NCBI GenBank assembly: GCA_000002445.1
Contig: CP000071.1
Location: forward strand, 2,368,001 to 2,432,000
Direction: 5' to 3'
DNA: 64,000 bases
Origin: Trypanosoma brucei
Taxonomy: Eukaryota
Below, one piece after another: positions 9,627 to 20,341 of the stretch. Position 1 is the first letter of the stretch. The number at the start of each line of letters is the position of its first letter. Below the pieces are notes generated by a model, which was not told the DNA's origin, did no database searches, and saw only the letters and a program-made list of their open reading frames with translations. A program made the translations under genes and the position numbers.

Positions 9627-12059
9627 AATCTTGTTTGTTTGTTTTTTGTTTTGATTCTTTCTGAGGCTATTTGTTCTTCTCCCTTCACGTGCGATGTGTC
9701 TCCCGCCGTGCATTTTCTTTTCTTCTCTTCTCTTCTCTTTTTGGTTTTGGTTTTGTTTACTTTTGTGTTCAATGCGGGTTGCCATGCTGTCTTTGTGTGT
9801 CTGTGCGTTTCTTTTTTTTTTTTGTCTGTCTGTGTGTGTGTTTCTTCCAGGTTTTGCATTTCTATTGTAGGTGAAAATACCCGTACCCCGTTCCGCTTCC
9901 TCGCAGTGGTGGTGTTGTATTTAATATTTGTAGTTATCGATATGTGCGGCATGACACAGATCTCATGCGCACCGAATTGAACAATAAAGGAGGAGAGGAA
10001 AAGGAAAATAATAAAAAAAAAGAAACCAACGAAAACAACTGGCAAGAGGGGAAAAATTAAAAGAAAAAAAAAGGGATCAGAAAAGAAAAGAGGAATGAAG
10101 GGAAGAGAGAAGAAGGTATGGAGGAGGGGGGCGCTTCATATATGATATGTTTAGTTATTGTGTACCTCCTTTAAGCAGTGGTCACTCTAACTCTTTTAGT
10201 TGCGGTGGGTGTGCGTTTCTTTTTCTTTTTTTTTTTCGTTATTCTTATTTCCTTATCTTGTTGCCTTGATACGTTTCCATTCTTTTTGCGTTGTAAATAT
10301 TTGGACGCCATGTGATTTTTACTTTTTTTTTTTACTTTTTTGCCTCCCAAGGTGTGTATTTGGAGGAAGTTGTAGTGCTGAAAATGTTTGTGTGCCTTCA
10401 TGTAGCGATGCTTTGTTTTCCCCTTTCATTATTCTCCAGATGTATTCACTACTTCACCCCTTTCTGTCTTTTGTAGTCATTATTATTATTAATAATAATA
10501 AATATTATTATTATATGAATAAATTACATAGGAACAGCACTTCTCTACAGTACTAGTCAGCTTTATTTTCCGACCCACAGTTTGGTGATTTTGTGCTGAC
10601 CGAAAGGTTAAATGAAGGTTCCCATGTTTTATTATTATTTTTGTTTATTTTCATGATATTGAAATGGTGCGGCCGGATATCATTTGGAGACGTGTGAATT
10701 GTGCGCGTGTAATTGTGTGTGGGGTTCAAACATTACGCGTATGTTATGTCTAACCGATACGTCATTCATTTATCGTAAGAAAAACTCAATGGAACGCAGG
10801 CGGTTTGTTACGTGGGAAAGACATGATATGATGAGGGGGGGGGTGGAGAAGAAAAAGAAAAAAAGATATGGTAAAACCCTGGACGTTAGTTTTCGTTTCC
10901 GCTAAAGCAAAAATTCCGTCAAACCAAAAGGATATGAGGTTTGGAAATGAATGGGACGGTTGTGCTCTTTTTTTTTTTTTTTTTTGTAGTAAATAAAATA
11001 TCTAAGCGGGAATCTCATATAAAAGAATAGATACCAAGCTTCATCACATGTAACGCGTGACTGTTGTTGTTACGTCCCTCTTCCCCCTTTTTTTTTCTTT
11101 GTTAACATTTTTCATTCCTCTTTTACTGATCTGTAACTGAAAGTGTACTGCTTTCATAAATGTAACCAAAAAAAAAAAACAACAAAAGAAAATGCCTCAA
11201 AGCAAACAAAAAAGAAAGAAAGAGGTTTTGTTGTCAACATTTTTTTTTTGTTTGCTTTGAGGCATTTTCTTTTGGGTGTAATGGAAGAAAACTGCGTGCG
11301 ATATCATTTATTAGGCGTGGAAAAGAAACTAATTGAACCCCTCCGATTTCATAAAATCAATTGGAGTTAAGTACTCGCAATGAAAATCATAATTGTTGCA
11401 GGTCAAATGCGCCATCGAAAAAAAAAGAAAAAGGGAAGAATAAAAGGAAGAAAAAAAAATAACTAAATAATGATAATAATATAAACAACGTAGAAAAAGA
11501 GGGATAATTTATGCATTCAACCTCCTCTTCGTATCATTTTTCTTGTTTTTATTAAGGTTGATGATGCAAAGTATATGCCGCACGTTAATCTTTATGGCTA
11601 TGATTAAAAAAAAAAAAGACCGCCTTATTTTTTTTTTTAAACGTGATGGAAATATTATTGTCATTTTTTTAAAAAAAAACACATTTCTGTTGATTGCAAG
11701 TTGTTTAGGTTACATTCTTTTTGTTTTCCATTATTTTTTCCCCATTAATTAAATAAATAAATGTACATATATGTAAATGAATTTCATTGTTGATGTGGCG
11801 TTTCATCACTTTATGTTTTTTTTATATGTTACTATTATTATTATTATTGTCGTGATCTCTGCTGCTTTTATTATTCTCTTGTCTCTTGTCTCTGTTTTCC
11901 TTTTTCTTTCTTTCTTTCTTTGTCTGCTTGGAATAGATATAGCGGGAGGAGGAAAAGGGTAAAAAAAAGAAAAAAAATAATCTGACACCTGACATAATTG
12001 CATTTTTGTTCAACAAAAAATAAAACAAAAGCAAAGTAACATCAAAAGCGAATAATAAC

Positions 12060-12360
12060 AAACGAGTAAATTAAATAGCGACTGTGTGGAAAGAGAAACA
12101 GAGAGGTAGTTGAGAAGGGACTTCACTTTTCTTTTTTTTTTCTTTTTTTGGGGAGGGGAGGGGGAGTGAAAGAAAGAAAAATTCAAAAGGAAGGATCCTG
12201 AAGAAAAGAAAGAAGAAAAAAAAGAAGGAAAAAAAATATAAGACGTATACGGGCGGACATTAAGCAATTAAAGGAAAAGGGGTGGGAGGAGGGGGGGAGG
12301 AAAAACAAAGAAGAAAATAACCAAATAAACCCAAGTAAATATAGATAGAAAAGTATTTCA
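12060..12360 (+). repeat. ~300-nt polypurine (GA-rich) tract with G-runs (ggggaggggagggggag; ggggtgggaggagggggggagg) ending 14 nt before the p24 ATG
   Basis: Direct reading. More than 85% purine on the + strand except for a short T-run at 12124-12149. Confidence 0.8.
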
Positions 12361-12373
12361 TATACCCAAACGT

Positions 12374-12991
12374 ATGAATAAGATGCACATATTGCCACCA
12401 CTCCTGGTAGTTACGGCACTGCTTTTTGCTTACAACACCGCTAATGCCGTGACAACTGCAGTTGCGCCACGGGAGGTGTTTTGTGTGCGTGAAGTTGCGC
12501 CGCCACACACGCGGGTTACATTTCAGTTTAATGTTATGGACGCCGATGGCCGGGAGATACGGGCAACGTTACATGACCAAAATGGAACAGAACTGACACG
12601 TTGGGACAGCGCTTCAACAGGAAATTATGATGTACCCGCAACAGTTGGAGCCACAGTTGCACATGCCTGCTTTGAAAACACGGAATCGGGTGGGACACCA
12701 AAACGCATTTCGTTTCACTTCCGTTTTCATGTGGATTATCAATCCGTGGCTGGGCCGGAAGCTTTAGATCCCGTGGAGAGTCTCGTGGAGTCCGTTGCGA
12801 AGCGAATGAGAGATGTGGAGGTTAAACAAAAGGATCTTCAGGCAATTCAGCACACGCACCTGGAGATTATTGGTGCAGCGGAGTGGTGGCTGATGCTGTG
12901 GAGTTTGTTTCAGGTTGCTTCATTGTTATTGGTGAGTGTCTTCCAACTGCTCTTCTTAAAGCGTTTCTTGGAACGTAAATCATTTGTGTAA
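12374..12991 (+). CDS. p24/emp24 (GOLD-domain) cargo receptor family protein
   Basis: N-terminal signal peptide (MHILPPLLVVTALLFAYNTANA), GOLD-like beta region, coiled-coil segment, single C-terminal TM followed by a short basic tail (LFLKRFLERKSFV). This is the typical p24 architecture. Confidence 0.7.
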   Translation: MNKMHILPPLLVVTALLFAYNTANAVTTAVAPREVFCVREVAPPHTRVTFQFNVMDADGREIRATLHDQNGTELTRWDSASTGNYDVPATVGATVAHACFENTESGGTPKRISFHFRFHVDYQSVAGPEALDPVESLVESVAKRMRDVEVKQKDLQAIQHTHLEIIGAAEWWLMLWSLFQVASLLLVSVFQLLFLKRFLERKSFV

Positions 12992-13107
12992 AATTGCTGC
13001 ACTTTTCCTAAAGTGATGAGATTAGATGATTAGGTGAACTTCTCCCATGTTGCGTACTCGTCTGGTGAAGCAAGACGGAGAAACCCCTTAACTAGTTTCT
13101 TGATAAA

Positions 13108-13197
13108 GGGTTCTCTCTCTCTTTCTTTCTTTTTCTCTGTCTGCCTTTCTTTGTTTCTCTGTTTCTCTTTCTTTCTCTCTCTCTTTCTTTCTCTCTT

Positions 13198-13229
<32 letters not shown>

Positions 13230-13240
13230 GATTTTGTAGG
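13108..13240. repeat. CT-rich compound microsatellite (CTTT/CT)n ending in (CT)9(GT)10
   Basis: Direct reading. Confidence 0.9.
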
Positions 13241-14664
13241 TTTTGTTCCCTTTCCCATTTCTTTGCTTTCTTTCGTCTTTTTTATTTTATTTTTCCATCT
13301 AAACACTCGTTTCAATTACTGGAAGCCACGTTTCCCCCACCACTACTTCAAACCAGCGACATGATGAATATAATGCAAAGAAAGGGAGGGGAGAATGATG
13401 ACTAACTAAGTTGCGTTCACTTGCAGCAAATATGCGAGAGGAGACGGAAAGGAGGAGGGAAGGTGGGAAATATATATATATATATATACTTATATATGTA
13501 CTGTGGTGGAAAGGGTTGTGCAGTGTATTGAAGCTTTCGCAGGCTTCTGCGACTTTTTGTTGTTGGCACTAATGTCTTAAAGTGTTTGTGAGTGTTGAGT
13601 AAACTAATGTGCAGATGCATAAATATCTGTACCTATGTGTATCTCTGTGTTTGTGTTTGTGTTTGTGTTTGCGTCGATGCGTGTGCTATTTCTCCCTTTG
13701 ATCATATTCCTTATGTTTAGTTTTGTTTAGCACACTGAATGAATAAAACATTAATGTAGCCAACAATAGGAACAACAATATTAAGAAATAATAGTAATAG
13801 CAATGACGGTAGCAACGGTGATAATGATAATAAATGTGGTGAGGTGCCGTAGGAAGCAGTGCGACAGGAGTTTTTTTTTTCCCCGTTCCCCCCTCTGCTG
13901 AGTCCCCATGTCTCGGCTTCAGCAGTAATTGGTATAGCGTTCCGTGTTGAATTGCAATGCCTTTCATCCCCGTTAGGCTTGTAAAAAAAAAAAAAAGTAA
14001 TTATTAAAATAATTAATGACTTCTTTTGTTGAGTCACCATTGTTGTATCGGATACTTGTGTGATGCGAGACCTTCAGGGGAATTTCGTTTTGTGGTGTAG
14101 CCGCTACGGGATGGACGTGACACAACTAAATGGTGGTGTTGGTCCATCATGAGGGGATTGTTCAAACAACGTGAAGACGTTGGGACATGTTTGTTATGTC
14201 AAGGTTAAAACAAACAAACAAACACCCCAACCCAAGGGAAGTATTACCGTTGCTTCTTCTTTAGAGGGGGGGAGGAGGAGGAGGGAGGAGTGACGTATCG
14301 TGTTTTTCTGTAGGAGAGACTTTCTTGCAGTTTTTTTCTTCTTCCTCGTCGCTGGTGTGCTTAATCAGCGGTGGTATTCGCTCCTCTGCTTTTGTGAGAC
14401 ATATTTTCCATCCTTCCAATTTTTAGATTTATGTGGACTCTAATAGTTGTGTGCCCTGTTGGAGGTGTAGTAGCAGGGTCATGTATTTATTGTTGGTCAA
14501 TGATTTTGCATCCGCTTCATGCTGCAGTGGATGTTTCTTGCGCGGATATTAATTTCCGTTACAACCTTCACTCCTTTTAAGAATCTACAAATTTCCTCAC
14601 GCTATAGGTGTGTGTGAACCACTCGTGAAAAAGATATAAAAAAAATAGCAGTGGGATCATTACG

Positions 14665-15423
14665 ATGAAAGTGCAGGGGTACGCCAATGTGGTGACACTT
14701 CCTAACGTAACGGGGCGCGTCATAATTGTAGGAGACATTCATGGATGTCGGGCGCAATTAGAGGATTTGCTTCGTGCGGTCTCCTTCAAGCAGGGGAGTG
14801 ACACATTAGTTGCGGTGGGTGACTTGGTGAACAAAGGACCAGATTCCTTTGGTGTGGTCCGCCTTCTCAAACGCCTTGGGGCTTACAGCGTACTCGGCAA
14901 TCATGATGCGAAACTGCTCAAACTTGTCAAAAAATTAGGCAAGAAGGAGTGTCTAAAGGGGAGGGACGCAAAATCTTCCTTGGCTCCGCTGGCGCAATCC
15001 ATACCTACTGATGTGGAGACATATTTGTCGCAGCTTCCGCACATCATCCGCATCCCCGCCCATAATGTGATGGTGGCGCATGCTGGACTTCACCCGCAAC
15101 GTCCAGTGGATCGCCAATACGAGGATGAAGTCACCACTATGCGTAATCTTATTGAGAAAGAACAAGAGGCCACGGGTGGAGTGACGCTTACGGCCACGGA
15201 AGAAACAAATGATGGCGGCAAGCCGTGGGCCTCGATGTGGCGCGGTCCTGAAACGGTGGTGTTTGGCCACGATGCACGGAGAGGTTTGCAGGAACAATAC
15301 AAACCGTTAGCAATAGGATTGGATAGCCGCTGCGTGTACGGCGGGAGACTCTCCGCCGCGGTATTTCCTGGTGGTTGCATCATTTCGGTCCCGGGTTGGA
15401 ACGGAGCGTCGGCGGCGGCCTGA
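14665..15423 (+). CDS. ApaH-like phosphatase / symmetrical bis(5'-nucleosyl)-tetraphosphatase-like metallophosphoesterase (kinetoplastid ALPH-type)
   Basis: GDIHGC ... DTLVAVGDLVNKGPDS ... VLGNHD is nearly collinear with the E. coli ApaH motifs GDVHGC / GDLVARGPGS / GNHD. The protein is 252 aa. Confidence 0.75.
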   Translation: MKVQGYANVVTLPNVTGRVIIVGDIHGCRAQLEDLLRAVSFKQGSDTLVAVGDLVNKGPDSFGVVRLLKRLGAYSVLGNHDAKLLKLVKKLGKKECLKGRDAKSSLAPLAQSIPTDVETYLSQLPHIIRIPAHNVMVAHAGLHPQRPVDRQYEDEVTTMRNLIEKEQEATGGVTLTATEETNDGGKPWASMWRGPETVVFGHDARRGLQEQYKPLAIGLDSRCVYGGRLSAAVFPGGCIISVPGWNGASAAA

Positions 15424-16320
15424 AACTTTTCCCAGATGACAGTTTATTTTTTTTTTTTTCGGTCGCCGTGTACTATATGTTCTCGTCTAAAGATTTATCA
15501 AAGTGTGCCGTTGTGTAGTCGTTTGTCTTGATGTGAATTATGTTTGAGTGGGCCGCATATGTTGACTGCGCAGAGAAGACAACACCACTGAGATGGTGAT
15601 GATGCCACCTGGCGGTTGTTCCGCTTCATTACGGCGGTGGTGATGATGTTTAACCTTTGTTGCTGTGCTCAGCCTCTTTGAACATCTGATTCAGTTTGGA
15701 CCGCACAACTCTCAAAAGTCATATTCCCCTCTCCCTTCAAAATTAATATTCCGTTTTATGATTCTGCATGTGGTGTGGCAACGTGCTTACATGTATCTAT
15801 CTATCTATATTTGTGTTACACTCTCTTACAGGTTACAACCCTAACCCTTGGCCGCCTGCAGCACAACTATTTTTACCAAAAGCAGAAAAACGTAAAAGTG
15901 AAGAATTGGGGTGAAAAACATGGTGGTGGATACGCGTGATACCAGATGTGACATCTTGGTCACCAGGGAGTACGTAAACGATGTTTTTTTTCCTCCTTTT
16001 TTGAATGGTGTGGTTGGTGACGGCAGCGTCAAAGGACGTGACCCGTGGGATCTCATGTGGTTTCTGGCTTAAAGGTAACAAAACCGCTTATGTTAAAGTT
16101 GCTTCCGGCGCTGCACCTTTGTTTACAGTGAAGACGGGAGTTCACTAATGGTATGAAGAGGAGTATTTCGATGCACCGCATCCAGCGGTAACCACTGCGG
16201 CGTCAGAGACATCTATCAGGGATTGGTGTGACGATACTCCAGCAAGTTAAGGAAAGTGCAAATGCATGCTATTGTTAGGGCCTCTAATGCTGTTGTTATT
16301 AAATGCTTAGGCACCTTATT

Positions 16321-16407
16321 GCTTGTCTGTTTTTTCTTGTTGTTTCCTTTCAACCCCTCAGTATTCTCTGCTGCATTTAACTTGCTTTTTCTTTCTCCTT
16401 TCATTAG
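16321..16407 (+). promoter_or_regulatory. polypyrimidine tract plus AG: candidate SL trans-splice acceptor for the FG-Nup gene
   Basis: ~85-nt C/T-rich run ending with AG at 16406-16407, ~100 nt upstream of ATG 16504. Confidence 0.4.
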
Positions 16408-16503
16408 CCTGTACTAATAACTTTGGCGCTAGTAGGGTGCCAAAGGGTATACTGATTCCTGGCATTACTGTTTGTTTTGTTTTATTGTTCGGCTCTGGGA
16501 CGC

Positions 16504-18723
16504 ATGCATCGAAAAAGCATCGTGTCGAACTATTTTATATCACCTGAGTATTCTGTGGCGGGCTCACGTGTTTTCACCCCAAATGCATCCGCTGAGGAAG
16601 TAACATTGAGTGACGCACCGACGCAACTCTCGTTGCAAATAACATCACCGAAGACATCTATACGTCCGTCGGCGGTGTCTTCATTGCGTTTTAAAAGGGG
16701 ACGAGAAGCCTCATGGCACGGTCGGTACCATAACGGTTCCGCGGGGGAAAACACAATGGGTTTTATGGAGGCAGTGGCGGCTTCCGTTTCCCGCCGCGGT
16801 GACGTGGTGGCACATTCTTCTTGTGAATCCCACCAAAACTTCATGTCGCGTGCAGGTAATTTTGTGGAATCTACGACACACAGTGATTCGTCGGACGGGT
16901 ACCGGTATGCGAAGTTGCCCCGGAAGGAGCTTATTATGATTGCGGGAGGTGAAGATAGCGGGGAAAAGGAAGATTTGGCTAGTTTTCGGAAGGACTTGAG
17001 GCGTTTGCAGGAGCGACACGAGCAACTGAACAAGGTTGTGGAAGAGACACGGGAAGAGTTGAGACGGAGCTGGGAGGAAAATGACCGACTCAAGATGCGT
17101 GCAGACCAGTCGGTAAAAGAGCTGCGGCTGGAAGTGGCGCAGCTGTCTAAACATGTCCAGCTTTTGGAAGGACGGAGTACATCCGTAGAGCGCTCACTCG
17201 CTTCTCTAAACGGAATGGAGAGTCTGGTGGAATGCGTTCAGGGTGAGCTTCCTTCTTTGCGCAAGGAAATTGGCCGGAACACTACTTCAATAGCAGTGCT
17301 GGAAAGGCTGTTAGAAGATATGAAGCACCAGCCGCGTGTCTCACAAGTCGCAGTGAATTCAGTTTCGGCTTCTGCTAGCGGGCAGGTCACCTCCCTTGGG
17401 GCTCCTCCACCTGCGTTGTTGAATGACGAACGCGCAACTAGTCATTCTTCCACGACCCCATTTTCGTTTGGTGGTGCAAAACCTAACGCCAACCTCAGTG
17501 GACAACTGACTTCCTCACCTGCTGCTTCCAACTCCGTTGCGGGATCGAAGCCGGAGCCAGCATCGGCTAGCGCACCTTCATTCACTGGTGTAAGTGCAAC
17601 TGCAGGATCTGTTGACAAGCCGTCCAATCCCTTTGGAGTTTCTGCAGCATCTGCAACCACGGCTGGTGGGTCAGCGCCGGCTCCGGCATCAAATGGCACA
17701 CCTTCATTTGGCAGCGCAGTTACAACTACGGCCCCCGGAGGGAATGCATCTTCTCCGTTTGACTCATCCAAGAATGCTGGAGTCTCGGCAACAGCAACTG
17801 CGTCATCTGCCTCATATACATTCGGTGGTGCAAGCACACCTGCATCCTCCACTAACAAACCTCCCAATCCGTTTGCTGCTACCGTAAGCTTTTCGCCTGC
17901 TGATGGGAAAGGGGCAACACCAGCATTGGCAGGCACATTTTCGTTTAGTGCTACCGGCGCGGCCGATACTCTCAGCGACAAACCGCCAACTACGCCCGGT
18001 GCTGCCCCGCCAGTTGCGAGTCCGGCAACAAGTGCGCTTCCAACGAATCCGTTCTCACCTGGCAGCACAACTGCGACTGCACCAACTGCCGGGAAACCAA
18101 CCACATTATTTGGTGGTTACGCGACGGGTGATAGTTCAGCAGCCACGTCAGCTCCGGCACCAGGTAGTGCGTTTTCTTTTGGTGGCATAGGCACCACTGC
18201 ACCTGCTTCCACCGTTGGTTTTAGCTTCGGAGGCATGCCTAAGGTTGCCGAGACATCAACTGCTGGCGTCAATACAACAATATCACCATTTTCTAGGGCT
18301 GGTTCCACGGCAGTGACAGGTGCCACAGGCTCTCTAGGGGGGTTTTTATTCCCTTCCTCTTCTTCAGCGACGGCAGCTCCACTTGCGAGGGGCTCAGAGG
18401 TGAAGAATGACGTGTTTTCCAACGCGAAAGCTGTTGCTTCGTCCGGTGCGTCGTCTGTATTTGGCACTGGCGCTTTGATGTCTGCTGGGGTCTTGAGTCC
18501 TCCCACACCCTTCGGTGCGTCCGCTGGAGTAACTAATCCATTCGCTTCGTCGCAACGGGATGGAGAGAATGCTTCTAACCCATTTGGTCAGGGTGTACAA
18601 GGCTTAGCCGCTGCTTCCACTGGCACTGCGCTACCATTGCTTAGCCAGCCGCCGATCGGGTTCAGTGCACCGACCGTAAACGCCAATTTGGGTGCCCGTA
18701 GGAGGACACCGAAGCGGTTCTGA
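16504..18723 (+). CDS. FG-repeat nucleoporin (N-terminal coiled coil plus long S/T/A/G-rich region with SFG/PFG/NPFG repeats)
   Basis: At least 20 xFG repeats (PFSFGG, NPFGV, SPFDS, YTFGG, NPFAA, FSFSA, NPFS, SFSFGG, GFSFGG, PFGAS, NPFASS, NPFGQ). Heptad coiled coil at aa ~160-290. The track ORF starts at TTG 16477; the first ATG is 16504, about 100 nt after a polypyrimidine tract. Confidence 0.65.
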   Translation: MHRKSIVSNYFISPEYSVAGSRVFTPNASAEEVTLSDAPTQLSLQITSPKTSIRPSAVSSLRFKRGREASWHGRYHNGSAGENTMGFMEAVAASVSRRGDVVAHSSCESHQNFMSRAGNFVESTTHSDSSDGYRYAKLPRKELIMIAGGEDSGEKEDLASFRKDLRRLQERHEQLNKVVEETREELRRSWEENDRLKMRADQSVKELRLEVAQLSKHVQLLEGRSTSVERSLASLNGMESLVECVQGELPSLRKEIGRNTTSIAVLERLLEDMKHQPRVSQVAVNSVSASASGQVTSLGAPPPALLNDERATSHSSTTPFSFGGAKPNANLSGQLTSSPAASNSVAGSKPEPASASAPSFTGVSATAGSVDKPSNPFGVSAASATTAGGSAPAPASNGTPSFGSAVTTTAPGGNASSPFDSSKNAGVSATATASSASYTFGGASTPASSTNKPPNPFAATVSFSPADGKGATPALAGTFSFSATGAADTLSDKPPTTPGAAPPVASPATSALPTNPFSPGSTTATAPTAGKPTTLFGGYATGDSSAATSAPAPGSAFSFGGIGTTAPASTVGFSFGGMPKVAETSTAGVNTTISPFSRAGSTAVTGATGSLGGFLFPSSSSATAAPLARGSEVKNDVFSNAKAVASSGASSVFGTGALMSAGVLSPPTPFGASAGVTNPFASSQRDGENASNPFGQGVQGLAAASTGTALPLLSQPPIGFSAPTVNANLGARRRTPKRF

Positions 18724-18739
18724 TTATGTAATTGGCCGC

Positions 18740-18785
<46 letters not shown>

Positions 18786-18798
18786 TTGTTTGTTTGTT
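18740..18798. repeat. compound microsatellite (TA)13(TG)11(TTTG)3 immediately 3' of the FG-Nup stop
   Basis: Direct reading. Confidence 0.95.
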
Positions 18799-20152
18799 TC
18801 TGTCTTTTTACCGTTCGGTTGATGGGAATCGAAGATTTGGGGTTTTAGGCGCGCTTTTTAAGTGGAGTGTAGGTGTGAAGCGCAAAGCAGGTAAGCGAAG
18901 GCGGAGACTGTTTAAGTAAAGCATGCTGGGCTTCTGAGGAAATGGGAGGGGATTATAAAATGTGGGGACTTAATGAATGGGAAGAGGGAGAGAAGCGATA
19001 TCTCTCCGAGCGTCGCATCTTGCAGAAGGATCCGTTTAGAGGTGTGTCCAATTGTTTGTTGTGGCGGTTCAGGTCTTTTGAAGGTTTGCGTTTCTGTCAT
19101 TTATGCTGCAGGATTTTTTTTTTTGTGGTGTGGATGAGGAGGGAAGTAAGTTTATTATTTTTTAGAAAAAGGAAAAACAACCTCCTCACCTGCGTTTTCA
19201 TCTACTTTTAGCTCTTTTTTGCACCCGACTTACCTCAACACCAGACATGCAAACAAACTTTGAAGACCTCGCGAGAGGCGAATTTTTCCTTTCCACGTGC
19301 CAATTCCCTCCGGATGGGGAACACAAAACGTTAGACTTTTTTTTGGTATGTTCAGTGCTGCTATAATAAATGTGACTTTTCCAGCTACCAGTTGGTCTTA
19401 GAGGACATCATCTCTTTTCGTTCTCTCTTTTTTTTCAGTCCTTATTTGAACCATTTCTCTCACTTTCATCTTAGGGTATCCGAGTTTAGAAACATCTTAG
19501 GGTGCTCGGCGTTTGTTTAGGCAATTTCTCACTCCCTCTTTCCCTCCTTCTCACTGCTTTCACTTTCACCTTCATTATTGTTATTATTCCCCCCCTCTAC
19601 AGTTTGCGAGCGATGCTAATTACCTGGTCAAATCTTTCCTCCTTGGAAGCTGTTGCATTCACATGTGCCACCACTATCGTTACTCTTTTTAGTGCATTTG
19701 CGCATTCACAGCTGTTGTGATACGCAAATGTTTGTGTGTGGGTTGCAGGCGTGAGTTTTGTTGGTTTCTGCACATGTTTCTCAGCGATGTTTATGAGGTT
19801 AACCTCGTCTCCTCCTCCTCCTCTGCGATTTCAGTTGTTTTCGTTAGAATGTAATGGTTAGAAGCCAAAGAACAATATCAATGCGAAACTTTTGAATCAA
19901 GGGCGAAGCAGAAAGAGAGAGAGAGTCGTGAAGAAAAGCTCTTCTTCTGAGTTTCTAAAGTTCTATTTCTAAGTCTGTCCTAACTGGGCGGGCGACGCTT
20001 GCTTTTGCTCAACATCAGCTAGCATGTGCGGTGGCAACATCTCCCATGTGGGTTTGCACCCCAAATCACTTCATTAGGGTAAACCTCAACGTTAGCTCCA
20101 CTACACCACGGAACTTTTGGAGAATAACGGGACGTTTTGTGCCGACAAAATT

Positions 20153-20341
20153 AAATGCTCCTTTCATAGTGTGCGTGACGGACCCGATATGTTCCCTGTT
20201 ACTGATAGTTCCGTAATGGTATATGATATTGAGGAGGATAGCTACAGTGAACTAAAGGAACGCTTTGCTAATGAAAGGGATGTGTTTTCACGTTTTCTCT
20301 ACGATCCAGGCGATGGTGTGAAAACTTTCGACTGCTCGTAG
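20153..20341 (+). pseudogene. relic 3' end (last ~62 codons) of a GT31 glycosyltransferase gene, with no 5' part
   Basis: Near-identical to the 3' end of the full GT gene at 28060-28248 (…KCSFHSVRDGPDMFPVTDSSVMV…KTFDCS*). The sequence upstream of 20153 is unrelated and there is no in-frame ATG. Confidence 0.5.

Noticed and set aside
9548-10045. ORFs inside the 9.6-12.4 kb intergenic interval (9548-10045 -, 9639-9980 +, 10200-10556 +, 11822-12267 -)
   Set aside because: Their translations are K/E/R homopolymer-like or F/L/C-rich read-outs of polypurine and polypyrimidine tracts. No coding periodicity or motifs.
17442-18104. Minus-strand ORFs overlapping + strand genes (e.g. 17442-18104, 32066-32782, 51562-52071, 3606-4229, 60465-61004)
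   Set aside because: All sit antisense inside long, well-supported + strand CDSs. Their translations are low-complexity (A/G/P/V-rich mirror of the FG/Ser-rich sense strand). No independent signals. Treated as shadow ORFs.
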